Positions 1 to 9,281 of a stretch of 64,000 nt of DNA are shown piece after piece. The notes under the pieces are model-generated. The model was not told the DNA's origin, did not search any database, and was given only the letters and a program-made list of their open reading frames with translations. The translations under genes were made by a program, and so were the position numbers. Within the stretch, counting starts at the first letter, position 1. The number at the start of each line of letters is the position of its first letter. This stretch comes from a bacterium (lineage in GTDB: Bacteria; Patescibacteriota; Saccharimonadia; Saccharimonadales; UBA4665), in contig JAJYDV010000001.1 in assembly GCA_021777375.1 (NCBI GenBank), positions 11,347 to 75,346 of the forward strand. Direction: 5' to 3'.

Positions 1-2375
1 GCGTACCGACTCGCTCCCAACAAGCCAGCGCCTGCTTTATTCTAGGCATAGAGGACACTATGCCTTCAATACTTAATTGGTATGTGGAAGAGGGGATGAT
101 CTTTAAGGGCGGATCTGGTGCCGGGATTAACCTTAGTTCACTAAGAAGTAGTGTTGAACAGTTAAGTCGCAGCGCAGGTACTGCGAGCGGTCCTTTAAGT
201 TTCATGCGTGGCGCTGATGCCAGCGCTGGAGCGATTAAAAGTGGCGGTAAAACCAGGCGTGCGGCAAAAATGGTTATTCTAAACGTCGACCATCCAGATA
301 TATATGACTTCATCTGGAGCAAGGCAATTGAAGAGCGCAAGGCCCGCGATCTTGAAAGTATGGGCTGGGATATGTCCTTGGACGGTAAAGACAGTTTTTC
401 AGTTCAGTACCAGAACGCAAACATTTCCGTTAGAGTTACTGATGAATTTATGCAGGCAGTAGAAAATGGAGGCGATTGGGATCTAAAGGCGGTGACAACC
501 GGCGAAACGGTACGTACCGTAAAGGCCCGTGATCTTTTCCATCAGTTTGCGGAAGCAGCTTGGGAATGTGCCGATCCCGGCATGCAATTTGATACCGTTA
601 TTAATCATTGGCATACTGCGCCAAAGGCCGGACGTATTAATGGTTCTAATCCATGCAGTGAGTACATGCACTTAGACAACTCAGCCTGCAATTTGGCCAG
701 CCTTAATCTCTTAAAGTTTTTAAGAGAAGACGGGTCATTCCAAATTGACGAATTTAAGCACACGGTGGAGTTAATTTTTACTGCCCAAGAAATCTTAGTT
801 GGCTATAGCGAATATCCTACCGAGAAAATTGGGAAAAACGCTCTTGCTTATAGGGAGCTGGGTATCGGTTATGCTAACTTGGGAGCACTCCTGATGGCTC
901 AAGGTTTACCATATGACAGCGATGAAGGAAGAGCCCAAGCCTCAGCTATAACTGCCTTACTTACTGGTTATGCCTATGCAACTTCGGCCAAAATAGCTGC
1001 CAAAGTTGGTACCTTTGCCGGATTCAATAAAGATCGAGAAGGGATGATCAAGGTATTAAAACAGCATCGGGCAGAGGTTTCAAAAATCGATGCTAGCCTG
1101 GTAAGTGAAGACTTGCTAAATGCAGCAACAAATGCTTGGGATGAAGCAGTCGAGTTGGGTGAGCGTAACGGGGTGCGTAACTCTCAAGCCAGTGTTCTAG
1201 CGCCTACCGGAACGATTGGCTTAATGATGGATTGCGACACGACCGGTATTGAACCAGACTTAGGTTTGGTGAAGGTCAAAAAATTGGTTGGTGGTGGCAC
1301 GATGAGTATCGTTAATCAGACAGTACCTAGAGCGCTAAAATCGCTAGGCTACAAGAAAAACCAAATAGATGAAATTGTTAAGTACATCGATGATGAGAAA
1401 ACCATTATCGGCGCACCGCATCTAAAAAGTGAGCACCTGCCAGTGTTTGCCTGCTCAATGGGAGACAACCCGATTCATTACTTGGGGCACGTTAAGATGA
1501 TGGCTGCGGCCCAGCCATTTATTTCCGGAGCAATATCCAAAACAGTTAATATGCCCGAGGAGGCTAGTGTAGAAGATATTGAGCAGTTACACCTTGATGC
1601 TTGGAAGATGGGCCTTAAGGCGATCGCTATATACCGAGATAACTGTAAAGTTGCTCAGCCTTTGTCAATGGCTAAAAAAGGCGGTGAGCAAAAGCCATCT
1701 CCTAATTCAGAGGGTCGGATTATTGTTAACGGTCCGGCAAGGAGGAAATTACCAAAAGTTCGTACCAGCCGAACCTACAAGTTTCAGATTGCAGATTTGG
1801 ATGGTTATTTCACGGTTGGTGAGTATGAAGACGGAAAACCGGGTGAGCTGTTCATTAATGTTAGCAAACAGGGAAGTACGCTTCGAGGACTGATGGATTC
1901 TTTTGCCATATCGGTTAGTTTAGGTTTGCAGTACGGCGTACCACTTAAGCACTATGCTGGAATTTTGCGTGGAACTTCCTTTGCCCCTGCCGGAGCAACC
2001 GACGATCCGGAGATTAGGACGGCTAGCTCAATAACTGACTACATTCTAAGACGCTTGGCCATGGACTATCTTAACTTCGATGACCGTCTTGAGCTGGGTC
2101 TTGCTGATTTGAGCGACCTGAATATGCCCGAGACGCAAACTGAATTAAATATTCCCGATTCGGATTCCGTAGCAACTCCATCTGTTTTTAAGCGGCCTGA
2201 GCCGGTTGCTGCTCCCCAGACCAATAGTGTGAGTAGTGCTAAATACGGCGAAACGAACAATCAGCTGATTGTCGACCCTTCGGCCCCGTTATGCTACAAC
2301 TGTGGCAACATTACTCAGCGATCTGGAAGTTGTTATGTATGCACTTCGTGCGGAAGTACTACTGGTTGTAGCTAG
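1..2375 (+). CDS. nrdJ: Class II (adenosylcobalamin-dependent) ribonucleotide reductase, 5' end cut by window edge
   Basis: Frame is open from nt 3 (..ACFILGIEDTMPS..), so the gene starts upstream of the window. Motifs GSNPCSEY and DNSACNLASLNL. Cys-rich C-terminal tail CYNCG..CYVCTSCGSTTGCS, typical of the NrdJ zinc-finger tail. Confidence 0.85.
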   Translation, partial: VPTRSQQASACFILGIEDTMPSILNWYVEEGMIFKGGSGAGINLSSLRSSVEQLSRSAGTASGPLSFMRGADASAGAIKSGGKTRRAAKMVILNVDHPDIYDFIWSKAIEERKARDLESMGWDMSLDGKDSFSVQYQNANISVRVTDEFMQAVENGGDWDLKAVTTGETVRTVKARDLFHQFAEAAWECADPGMQFDTVINHWHTAPKAGRINGSNPCSEYMHLDNSACNLASLNLLKFLREDGSFQIDEFKHTVELIFTAQEILVGYSEYPTEKIGKNALAYRELGIGYANLGALLMAQGLPYDSDEGRAQASAITALLTGYAYATSAKIAAKVGTFAGFNKDREGMIKVLKQHRAEVSKIDASLVSEDLLNAATNAWDEAVELGERNGVRNSQASVLAPTGTIGLMMDCDTTGIEPDLGLVKVKKLVGGGTMSIVNQTVPRALKSLGYKKNQIDEIVKYIDDEKTIIGAPHLKSEHLPVFACSMGDNPIHYLGHVKMMAAAQPFISGAISKTVNMPEEASVEDIEQLHLDAWKMGLKAIAIYRDNCKVAQPLSMAKKGGEQKPSPNSEGRIIVNGPARRKLPKVRTSRTYKFQIADLDGYFTVGEYEDGKPGELFINVSKQGSTLRGLMDSFAISVSLGLQYGVPLKHYAGILRGTSFAPAGATDDPEIRTASSITDYILRRLAMDYLNFDDRLELGLADLSDLNMPETQTELNIPDSDSVATPSVFKRPEPVAAPQTNSVSSAKYGETNNQLIVDPSAPLCYNCGNITQRSGSCYVCTSCGSTTGCS

Positions 2376-2531
2376 TCTAGTAAAGTTGATCAACTCTCAC
2401 TAACGATTTAATGCAAAGGACGTTCTTAGAAGAATCGGTGCTAGTAGAGTTTAAGCTAAATTATCAGCATCTACCGTCAATAGATACAGGTGCTATCCAT
2501 AAGAAGCTATGGTTCATGCTAGACTAAAAGC

Positions 2532-2807
2532 ATGAAAGTGCTCGTGCTTTACCAACCGCATTCTGAACACCGAATAGTGGTTGAAGAACTGGTCCGCGAG
2601 TATAAACGACTATACCCGAGTTCAGTAGTGGAACTTTTAGATGTTGAACAGGAAGACGGAACCGCGATGGCCAAGCTATACGGGATTGTGCGATATCCAA
2701 GCTTACTGGTATTGCGAGACGATGGACTTATGATTCAAAGCTGGGAAGGTGAAGCCGAATTGCCTCGTCCAGAGGATATAATTTACTACGCTAGCTCAAA
2801 TCTATAG
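2532..2807 (+). CDS. Small thioredoxin-fold-like protein without any cysteine
   Basis: 91 aa. Pattern KVLVLYQP..(no CxxC)..YGIVRYPSLLVLRDDG resembles a thioredoxin/glutaredoxin fold, but there is no Cys anywhere. Sits directly downstream of nrdJ. Confidence 0.4.
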   Translation: MKVLVLYQPHSEHRIVVEELVREYKRLYPSSVVELLDVEQEDGTAMAKLYGIVRYPSLLVLRDDGLMIQSWEGEAELPRPEDIIYYASSNL

Positions 2808-2809
2808 TA

Positions 2810-3043
2810 AGTGCTAAACTGAGAGCTGAATAGTCCTTTTGAGCAGTTATCAGCTGCGATGGATCGGGAAGAAACGCCATAATTTGGCGGATTAGAACCC
2901 GCCGGCAAGGCCCGTAATGCCTTAAAACAAGTGCTTTTGAGTGAAACCTCAGAGGAAATCGGATGGTACCATCCCAAATCAAAAGGGATTCCGATGACCT
3001 TGAGGTTTATTTAATTTTAAAAGGTGTAGTCCGCAAAATAATT
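2810..3043 (+). promoter_or_regulatory. T-box-like leader RNA upstream of ileS (discriminator core 2944-3008)
   Basis: ATCGGA(2958-2963) / 7-nt bulge TGGTACC(2964-2970) / ATCCC(2971-2975) - loop - GGGAT(2985-2989) / TCCGAT(2990-2995). Outer helix AAACCTCA(2944-2951):TGAGGTTT(3001-3008). The bulge matches the T-box UGGNACC consensus. Located immediately 5' of an aminoacyl-tRNA synthetase gene. Confidence 0.6.
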
Positions 3044-5950
3044 ATGAAATTCAAGCAACACAGCCGAAGACCAGCAATTGAGTACGAAAAAGACCTAATT
3101 AAATATTGGCAGGAAAACAAGACTTTTGAGCGTTCAGTAGAGGAGCGGCCTAAAGATAATTCCTATGTTTTCTATGACGGGCCACCCTTTATAACTGGCG
3201 TGCCGCATCATGGGACCTTGCTTTCAAGCATCGTAAAAGATGCTATTCCAAGGTATTGGACGATGAAGGGCAAGCGAGTCGAACGGGTGTGGGGCTGGGA
3301 CTGCCATGGTTTACCGGCAGAAGTATTTACCGAGAAGAAGTTAGGTATTTCCGATAAACGGGATATAGGTACCAAAATCAGTCTCGAAGACTATATCTTA
3401 ACTTGTCGCGAGAATATGGTCGTGACTGGCAACGAATGGGAAAGCACGATTGAGCGTATTGGTCGCTGGGTAGACTTTAAAGGCGCCTATCGAACTATGG
3501 ACAAAGATTACATGGAATCAGTTTGGTGGGCGTTTAAACAGCTCTATGATAAGGGTAAAATCTACGAAGGTGAGAAGGTCCTGCTCTACTGTATTCGTGA
3601 CGCAACTCCTATTTCAAAAGCCGAAGTTGCTCAAGACAATTCCTATCAGGAAGATACCGACCCTTCAGTGTATGTTAAGTTTAAACTGACGGGCGCCAAA
3701 AATAGTTATTTGCTAGCTTGGACTACCACGCCTTGGACGTTACCTGCCAATACGGCCGTAGCGGTTAATCCCAATCTCGAATATGCTGAAGTTGAACTAG
3801 ATGGTGAAGTTTTCATATTAGCAAAACAGCTGCTGGAAAAGGTCCTAGTTAACGAAAAACACCAACCATTAACATTTACGCTGTTAAAGACCTTTAAGGG
3901 CAGTGAATTAGTTGGAAAAAGCTACGAGCCATTGTTTGAAAATTTTGGCAAACACGCCCATCAGGTATGGGCAGCGGATTATGTCAGCGTGGATGATGGA
4001 ACAGGAGTAGTTCATCTAGCTCCAGCTTATGGTGAAGAGGACTATGAGTTAGCTCAGCTGAATCAAATACCGATTGTCGCTAACGTCGACGACTATGGTA
4101 TCTATAATAGTGGCGAGTGGGAAGGAATGCAGGTCTGGGATGCTAATCGTCAAATTGCAAAAGAGTTGCATAAGCGAGGCGTAGTCTGGAAGATTGATTT
4201 TATTACTCACTCCTATCCGCACTGCCACCGTTGTAACACTAAGCTAATATACCGTGCTCACCCCAGTTGGTTTTTAGATATAACTTCTCAAAAAGAACAG
4301 ATGCTGGAATTAAACCAAAATATTAACTGGTTTCCGGAACATATTAAATCTGGTCGGTTTGCCAAAACCATTGGCAGTGCACCAGATTGGAATATTAGCC
4401 GTGATCGTTTTTGGGCTACTGCAATGCCAATCTGGAAGGGCGTAGATAGTGAAGGCAAGGAAAGAATTAAGGTTGTCGGAAGCTATGCCGAGCTAAAAGA
4501 ACTTTCTGGTGTAGAACTTGAAGATTATCATCGCCCCTGGGTGGATGACATTACGTTTGAGTTAGATGGAGTTGAGTATAAAAGGATTGATAAGGTATTA
4601 GATTGTTGGTTTGAAAGTGGAAGCATGCCTTTCGCTCAGTTCCACTATCCATTTGAGAATATTGAAAAGTTTGAGCATAATTTCCCGGGCGACTTTATTG
4701 CGGAGTATGTTGGTCAGGTTAGAGCCTGGTTCTACTACTTGCATACCGTCTCTACCGGCCTGTTTAACAGTAACGCGTTTAGCAATGTCATAGTTACCGG
4801 TACTTTGGCGGGTAACGACGGCCGCAAAATGAGCAAAAGCTACGGTAACTTTACGGATCCCAACGAACTAATGGATCGCTATAGTGCTGATGCTTTACGT
4901 TTCCTTTTGCTTGGCTCGCCAGTGTTGAATGCAGAAGACTTCTCTTTAGTAGATAAGGACGCTGGTGACATTAGCCGTAAATTGGGCATGATCTGGAATA
5001 TATACGACTTTTTTAGTCTGTATGCTGACGTGGACAACTGGGAGTGGGATCCGGAGTCCGGCTTAGAATCTCCCCTTTCAAATAATTCTCTCGACCGCTG
5101 GATTATATCTCGAGTGCATCAATTGAACCGATCCGTTGATGAAAATATGCAGGCATACGATATACCTGAAGCCCTAAAAGATGTCCTACCTTTTATAGAT
5201 GATGCCTCTAACTGGTATGTACGACGATCTCGGAAAAGATTCTGGAAATCCGAAAATGATAAGGATAAGAGCCAAGCTTATGCAACTCTGCACTATGTTC
5301 TAGTTCAGCTAGCTCAAATTCTTGCTCCCTTCACGCCTTTCTTGAGCGAGGAATTGTATCGTCTCCTAACAGGAGGCGAAAGCGTGCACTTGCTTAAGTG
5401 GCCAAAAGTTGGCCAGATTGACCAAACATTGCTTGATTCTATGGCAACTGCCAGGGCGATCATTAACGAAGGATTAAGACAACGCGCTGAAGCGGGCGTT
5501 AAAGTTCGCCAACCACTAAGTAGTGTAAGCATATTTAGCGATCTGCCAAAAGAGCTAAGCGAGGACTTGATCTCGATAATTTCCGAAGAGCTTAACGTTA
5601 AAGAGGTGAAATTACATCCGGAAAAGGCTGGGTCGGGTCAATTGCTGGCGGCTGTTGATCTGCGTATTACCCCGGACTTAAGGCGCGAAGGCATAACTAG
5701 AGAAATCATTAGAAACGTTCAAAATGCACGTAAGAATGCGGGCTTAGAAGTTGACGATCGAATCGATCTCCAGCTTGGAGCATCAAACCAAGAGATTAAA
5801 GACGCCTTCACGCAAGACTTGTTAGCTAGTTTAATTCAAAAAGAAACCCTGGCCCTGTCATTAAATCTGAAAGAACTAGATTCTGCGTATGCTGAGACCG
5901 TTAATATAGAGGGCGGTGAACTTGGCATAAAGCTTCGGCGCGTAAAGTAA
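3044..5950 (+). CDS. ileS: Isoleucyl-tRNA synthetase (type 2, no C-terminal zinc finger)
   Basis: HIGH-type motif PHHGT and KMSKS motif. IleRS-like N-terminus begins at MKFKQHSRRPAIEYEKDLIKYWQ (ATG 3044). The ORF-track start at 2963 lies inside the leader RNA. Confidence 0.93.
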   Translation: MKFKQHSRRPAIEYEKDLIKYWQENKTFERSVEERPKDNSYVFYDGPPFITGVPHHGTLLSSIVKDAIPRYWTMKGKRVERVWGWDCHGLPAEVFTEKKLGISDKRDIGTKISLEDYILTCRENMVVTGNEWESTIERIGRWVDFKGAYRTMDKDYMESVWWAFKQLYDKGKIYEGEKVLLYCIRDATPISKAEVAQDNSYQEDTDPSVYVKFKLTGAKNSYLLAWTTTPWTLPANTAVAVNPNLEYAEVELDGEVFILAKQLLEKVLVNEKHQPLTFTLLKTFKGSELVGKSYEPLFENFGKHAHQVWAADYVSVDDGTGVVHLAPAYGEEDYELAQLNQIPIVANVDDYGIYNSGEWEGMQVWDANRQIAKELHKRGVVWKIDFITHSYPHCHRCNTKLIYRAHPSWFLDITSQKEQMLELNQNINWFPEHIKSGRFAKTIGSAPDWNISRDRFWATAMPIWKGVDSEGKERIKVVGSYAELKELSGVELEDYHRPWVDDITFELDGVEYKRIDKVLDCWFESGSMPFAQFHYPFENIEKFEHNFPGDFIAEYVGQVRAWFYYLHTVSTGLFNSNAFSNVIVTGTLAGNDGRKMSKSYGNFTDPNELMDRYSADALRFLLLGSPVLNAEDFSLVDKDAGDISRKLGMIWNIYDFFSLYADVDNWEWDPESGLESPLSNNSLDRWIISRVHQLNRSVDENMQAYDIPEALKDVLPFIDDASNWYVRRSRKRFWKSENDKDKSQAYATLHYVLVQLAQILAPFTPFLSEELYRLLTGGESVHLLKWPKVGQIDQTLLDSMATARAIINEGLRQRAEAGVKVRQPLSSVSIFSDLPKELSEDLISIISEELNVKEVKLHPEKAGSGQLLAAVDLRITPDLRREGITREIIRNVQNARKNAGLEVDDRIDLQLGASNQEIKDAFTQDLLASLIQKETLALSLNLKELDSAYAETVNIEGGELGIKLRRVK

Positions 5951-5987
5951 CTAATGTTTATTGATGCCCGTTATTTACAGATTCTTT

Positions 5988-6017
5988 TTGACACTTACAC
6001 CTTATATCTGTTAGAAT
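5988..6017 (+). promoter_or_regulatory. Sigma-70-type promoter for rplU
   Basis: TTGACA (5988-5993), 18-nt spacer, TAGAAT (6012-6017), about 40 nt upstream of the rplU ATG. Confidence 0.5.
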
Positions 6018-6055
6018 CAACCGGTAACTTTTTTTAGATCTCAAGGATAAATATT

Positions 6056-6373
6056 ATGAAAAAAGCGGTAATTTCTACCGGTTCAAAACAATATCTGGTA
6101 GCTGAAGGCGACGTGCTTGATGTCGAAAAGCTTGTGTCAGATAAAAATATTGATTTTGACCCACTTCTAATTCTGGATGGCGAAAAGGTCAGTGTCGGTA
6201 AGCCATTTGTTACAGGTGCAAAAGTTAGCACTGAAATTATTGAAGCAGATAAGCTTGGCGAAAAAGTAACATCAATTCGGTATAAGGCAAAGAAACGGGT
6301 GCATAAAGTGCACGGCCATCGCCAACACCTAACAACCATCAAAGTCGTTAAGATTGCCTCAAAGACCGACTAG
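6056..6373 (+). CDS. rplU: 50S ribosomal protein L21
   Basis: MKKAVISTGSKQYLVAEGDVLDVEKL.. is a typical L21 N-terminus. 105 aa. Confidence 0.9.
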   Translation: MKKAVISTGSKQYLVAEGDVLDVEKLVSDKNIDFDPLLILDGEKVSVGKPFVTGAKVSTEIIEADKLGEKVTSIRYKAKKRVHKVHGHRQHLTTIKVVKIASKTD

Positions 6374-6389
6374 CTAAAATTAATTGAAC

Positions 6390-6398
6390 TGTGGATAA
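6390..6398 (-). promoter_or_regulatory. Perfect DnaA-box 9-mer (TGTGGATAA = reverse complement of TTATCCACA) within 12-mer CTGTGGATAACT
   Basis: Exact match to the DnaA-box consensus. The same 12-mer recurs at 58197-58208. Confidence 0.35.
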
Positions 6399-6880
6399 CT
6401 TTTGAGCGTATTTTAGCCAGTTGTTAAAAACTCTACTAAGACAGCACTGCTTACCACTTAACGACAGCCTGTCTAATGGAGCATATATCTTGAAAGATTG
6501 CCCTATATTGCAAAAATATCAACGGGAAAACGCTCTAAATATTGCTTTTTTAATACCACAATATGCATGCAAATATTACTCAAAAAATGCTTGATTACTC
6601 TTTATCTAAGGTAGATACTAACTATATAGGATTGGATGGTCCCTGGCCTTGAGAGACTCGCACTAATCCTAAACCAACAAAAATTGGTTAAAATAACAAA
6701 ACAAGCCTTATAAATAAAATAAAGGCAAAAACTCAACACTAAAGCGCCTCAATAGGGCGTAAAACACGTTTAGGGGTGCTACATCCGAGCTTATAGCGAA
6801 GATAGAGCGCCCCTTATGAATATCCTGGACTAATTTACGTCTAATTTAAAAGGTGATACGCTTAAGATCAGATAGCTGAC

Positions 6881-7654
6881 ATGGCAAGACATATAATTGC
6901 AGTACTAAACCAAAAAGGTGGCGTTGGTAAAACAACAACGGTAGTTAATTTAGCGATATTCTTAAGAAAACTTAACAAGTCCGTTTTAGTAGTAGATATT
7001 GATCCTCAAGGTAACGCTACAAGCGGTCTAGGTGTCGATAAGCAACTTATTGCTGCTTCAACTAAAGAGTTAATGCTTGGCGCGAAACCTTTCGAGCAAA
7101 TTGTTTTACATGCTGAGGGAGGGGTTCATTTAATTCCAACCTCCCAAAGTCTTGCTGCGCTGGAGATCGAATTGGTAAACGGAGCTGATAGAGAATTCCG
7201 ACTCAGGCGAGCATTAGAACGTAGTAACTATGACTATACAATAATTGACTGTCCGCCTTCCTTAAGTCTATTAACCGTTAATGCTTTGACCGCAGCAGAC
7301 AGTATAATTATTCCGGTACAAACCGAGTACTATGCGCTGGAAGGCCTAAGCCAACTTTTAGAGGTGGTACAACTAATTAAAAATGGTTTAAACCCAAACA
7401 TTGAATTACTTGGTGTATTACTTACAATGTATGATAAACGCACAACTTTAGCTGAGCAAGTCAAGGCAGAAGTAGAAAAGCACTTTGGAAATAAAGTTTT
7501 TACAACAGTAGTGCCGCGTAACGTACGTTTAGCAGAAGCGCCGAGCTACGGAATGACAATCTATAGTTATGATAAATGGAGTAAAGGCGCGCGCGCCTAT
7601 CTTTCCTTAGCTAAAGAGGTTCATAACCGCGTTGCCGGATCGCAGGGGATCTAA
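6881..7654 (+). CDS. parA: Chromosome partitioning ATPase ParA/Soj
   Basis: Deviant Walker A NQKGGVGKTTT. 257 aa. Followed by parB. Confidence 0.92.
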   Translation: MARHIIAVLNQKGGVGKTTTVVNLAIFLRKLNKSVLVVDIDPQGNATSGLGVDKQLIAASTKELMLGAKPFEQIVLHAEGGVHLIPTSQSLAALEIELVNGADREFRLRRALERSNYDYTIIDCPPSLSLLTVNALTAADSIIIPVQTEYYALEGLSQLLEVVQLIKNGLNPNIELLGVLLTMYDKRTTLAEQVKAEVEKHFGNKVFTTVVPRNVRLAEAPSYGMTIYSYDKWSKGARAYLSLAKEVHNRVAGSQGI

Positions 7655-7692
7655 TTTTGTGCTTATGCTATAGTTAATTTAAGAAGAGAATC

Positions 7693-8556
7693 ATGGCTAA
7701 TAAACAAAAGCATGGATTAGGTAGCGGGCTTTCAGCTTTAATACCACAGGATATTGATGCGAGCAAGCTCAGTGAGACCTTAGAAAAGATTCACAAACTA
7801 GCACTAGATATCATCGAGCCTAGTAAGGATCAGCCACGCAAACGCTTTGATGATGCCGGGTTATCTGAGCTAGCGGATTCGATCAAGCAACACGGTGTAA
7901 TTCAACCGATTGTTGTTGCGCCGCTGAAAAACGGTCATTATCTGCTGGTTGCCGGAGAACGTCGTCTTAGAGCCGCTAAGTTGGCAGGAGAGAAGACCAT
8001 TCCGTCGATCATCCGAACCTTAAAAGAGCTTGAACGTCTCGAAATGGCGATGATTGAAAATGTACAGCGTGTCGATTTATCGCCAATTGAACAGGCCCTG
8101 GGTATTGAGCGTTTACACCAGCAATTCAGCATGACCTATGAAATGATTGCCAAGAAGCTAGGTAAAGCATTGTCGACAGTGAACAATATAGCAAGGCTTT
8201 TACAATTACCAAAAGAAGTAATCGAGGCATTGAACAAAAAAATTATTACAGAAGGTCATGCTCGAGCTATCTTGTCACTTAAGGACTATCCGGATTATCA
8301 AAAGACCTTACTAAAGAATTGCATTGGTGGATGGAGCGTTCGTCAGGCTGAGCGTTATGTGACTTCGATTAAGTCTGGCGCGCGGACAGATAGCGAGGCT
8401 AGAGCGAAAGTTGCTGTCGAAACTCCTGAAACTAAGAAACTTAGTGCAAGCTTAGGTACGCAGGTAAATATCCGAAGAATGGCTAACGGTGGACGGCTAG
8501 AGATTACTTTTTCGAGCGATGAAGAATTAGCCAGGCTTATTGATCGTATCGTTTAA
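7693..8556 (+). CDS. parB: Chromosome partitioning protein ParB/Spo0J
   Basis: ParB box GERRLRAAKLAG, plus an HTH region. 287 aa. Confidence 0.92.
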   Translation: MANKQKHGLGSGLSALIPQDIDASKLSETLEKIHKLALDIIEPSKDQPRKRFDDAGLSELADSIKQHGVIQPIVVAPLKNGHYLLVAGERRLRAAKLAGEKTIPSIIRTLKELERLEMAMIENVQRVDLSPIEQALGIERLHQQFSMTYEMIAKKLGKALSTVNNIARLLQLPKEVIEALNKKIITEGHARAILSLKDYPDYQKTLLKNCIGGWSVRQAERYVTSIKSGARTDSEARAKVAVETPETKKLSASLGTQVNIRRMANGGRLEITFSSDEELARLIDRIV

Positions 8557-9209
8557 AATAGTTTAGTATCGTTAATCGGTAGTATTCTTAAGACTAATTG
8601 GCCAACTACTTGACTGGTATTTATGGGCCCGAAAATTCTTGAATCACAAGAAACTGCTCGATTATCTCCCATTACAAACAGTTGGTGTGAGTTTAACCGA
8701 ATCGTCTCGTCGTGGTTGGTGTAGCTTATAATGTGCGTTTTATTGTATGCCATAACTGCATCTGGCTGGAATCCCTGCGGATGTTTTGCATCAAAAATAG
8801 TTACCTTGCCGTTTTGAATTACTACTTTATCTCCCGGCAGGCCGATAACTCGCTTAATAAGTTGTCGAGTACCTGTTTGCTGGCATTCGGTTAAGTTGCT
8901 CTCGTTAAATACAATAATATCGCCGCGCTTGGGTACATATTGATGCCCGGTTATCATAGACCAAGTGCGAGGAACTTTCCAAATAATGAGCTTGTCTTGG
9001 TTCTGAAGAGTTGGTTCCATACTAGGGCCGTCGACTGCATATGATCGAAAAACATAAGTCGTGATTAAAAGTGCAAAGGCTAAGGCAAGCAAAATTATGC
9101 CAAATAAAGAGAGTCCGTCACGCAACCGTGAATTCTTTTTAAAGTCGCCTAAAGATTGACCCTCGGGCTTATTTTTCCTGGATTTAAATATCATAACCAC
9201 GTTTAACAA
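8553..9209 (-). CDS. lepB: Signal peptidase I (bacterial P-type)
   Basis: Motifs SMEPTL, KRVIGLPGD and GDNRAVSCDSR, with an N-terminal TM helix. The TTG start at 9209 could be replaced by ATG at 9194. Confidence 0.88.
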   Translation of the reverse strand: MLNVVMIFKSRKNKPEGQSLGDFKKNSRLRDGLSLFGIILLALAFALLITTYVFRSYAVDGPSMEPTLQNQDKLIIWKVPRTWSMITGHQYVPKRGDIIVFNESNLTECQQTGTRQLIKRVIGLPGDKVVIQNGKVTIFDAKHPQGFQPDAVMAYNKTHIISYTNHDETIRLNSHQLFVMGDNRAVSCDSRIFGPINTSQVVGQLVLRILPINDTKLF

Positions 9210-9281
9210 CTATATCATGCGTCGTCCTAGCTTCCGAATCCGTGCTAAAGCTTAAGTATTCTGTAGTACTATTAATAGTAA

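Noticed and set aside
2963-3043. ORF-track start of the 995-aa ileS ORF at ATG 2963.
   Set aside because: The ATG lies inside the GGATGGTACC bulge of the T-box-like helix, and the first 27 codons have no IleRS similarity. IleRS homology begins at MKFKQ (ATG 3044).
6374-6880. Replication origin (oriC) next to parAB.
   Set aside because: Only one consensus DnaA box is present, with no box cluster. The flanking genes on both sides are co-oriented on the plus strand rather than diverging, and dnaA/dnaN are not nearby. The region is kept only as a regulatory-motif finding.
6881-8556. parS site (TGTTTCACGTGAAACA) in or near parAB.
   Set aside because: I found no 16-mer resembling the palindrome here. 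The closest half-site seen (CCGTGAAACG, about 24372 inside serS) has about 5 mismatches in the full site.
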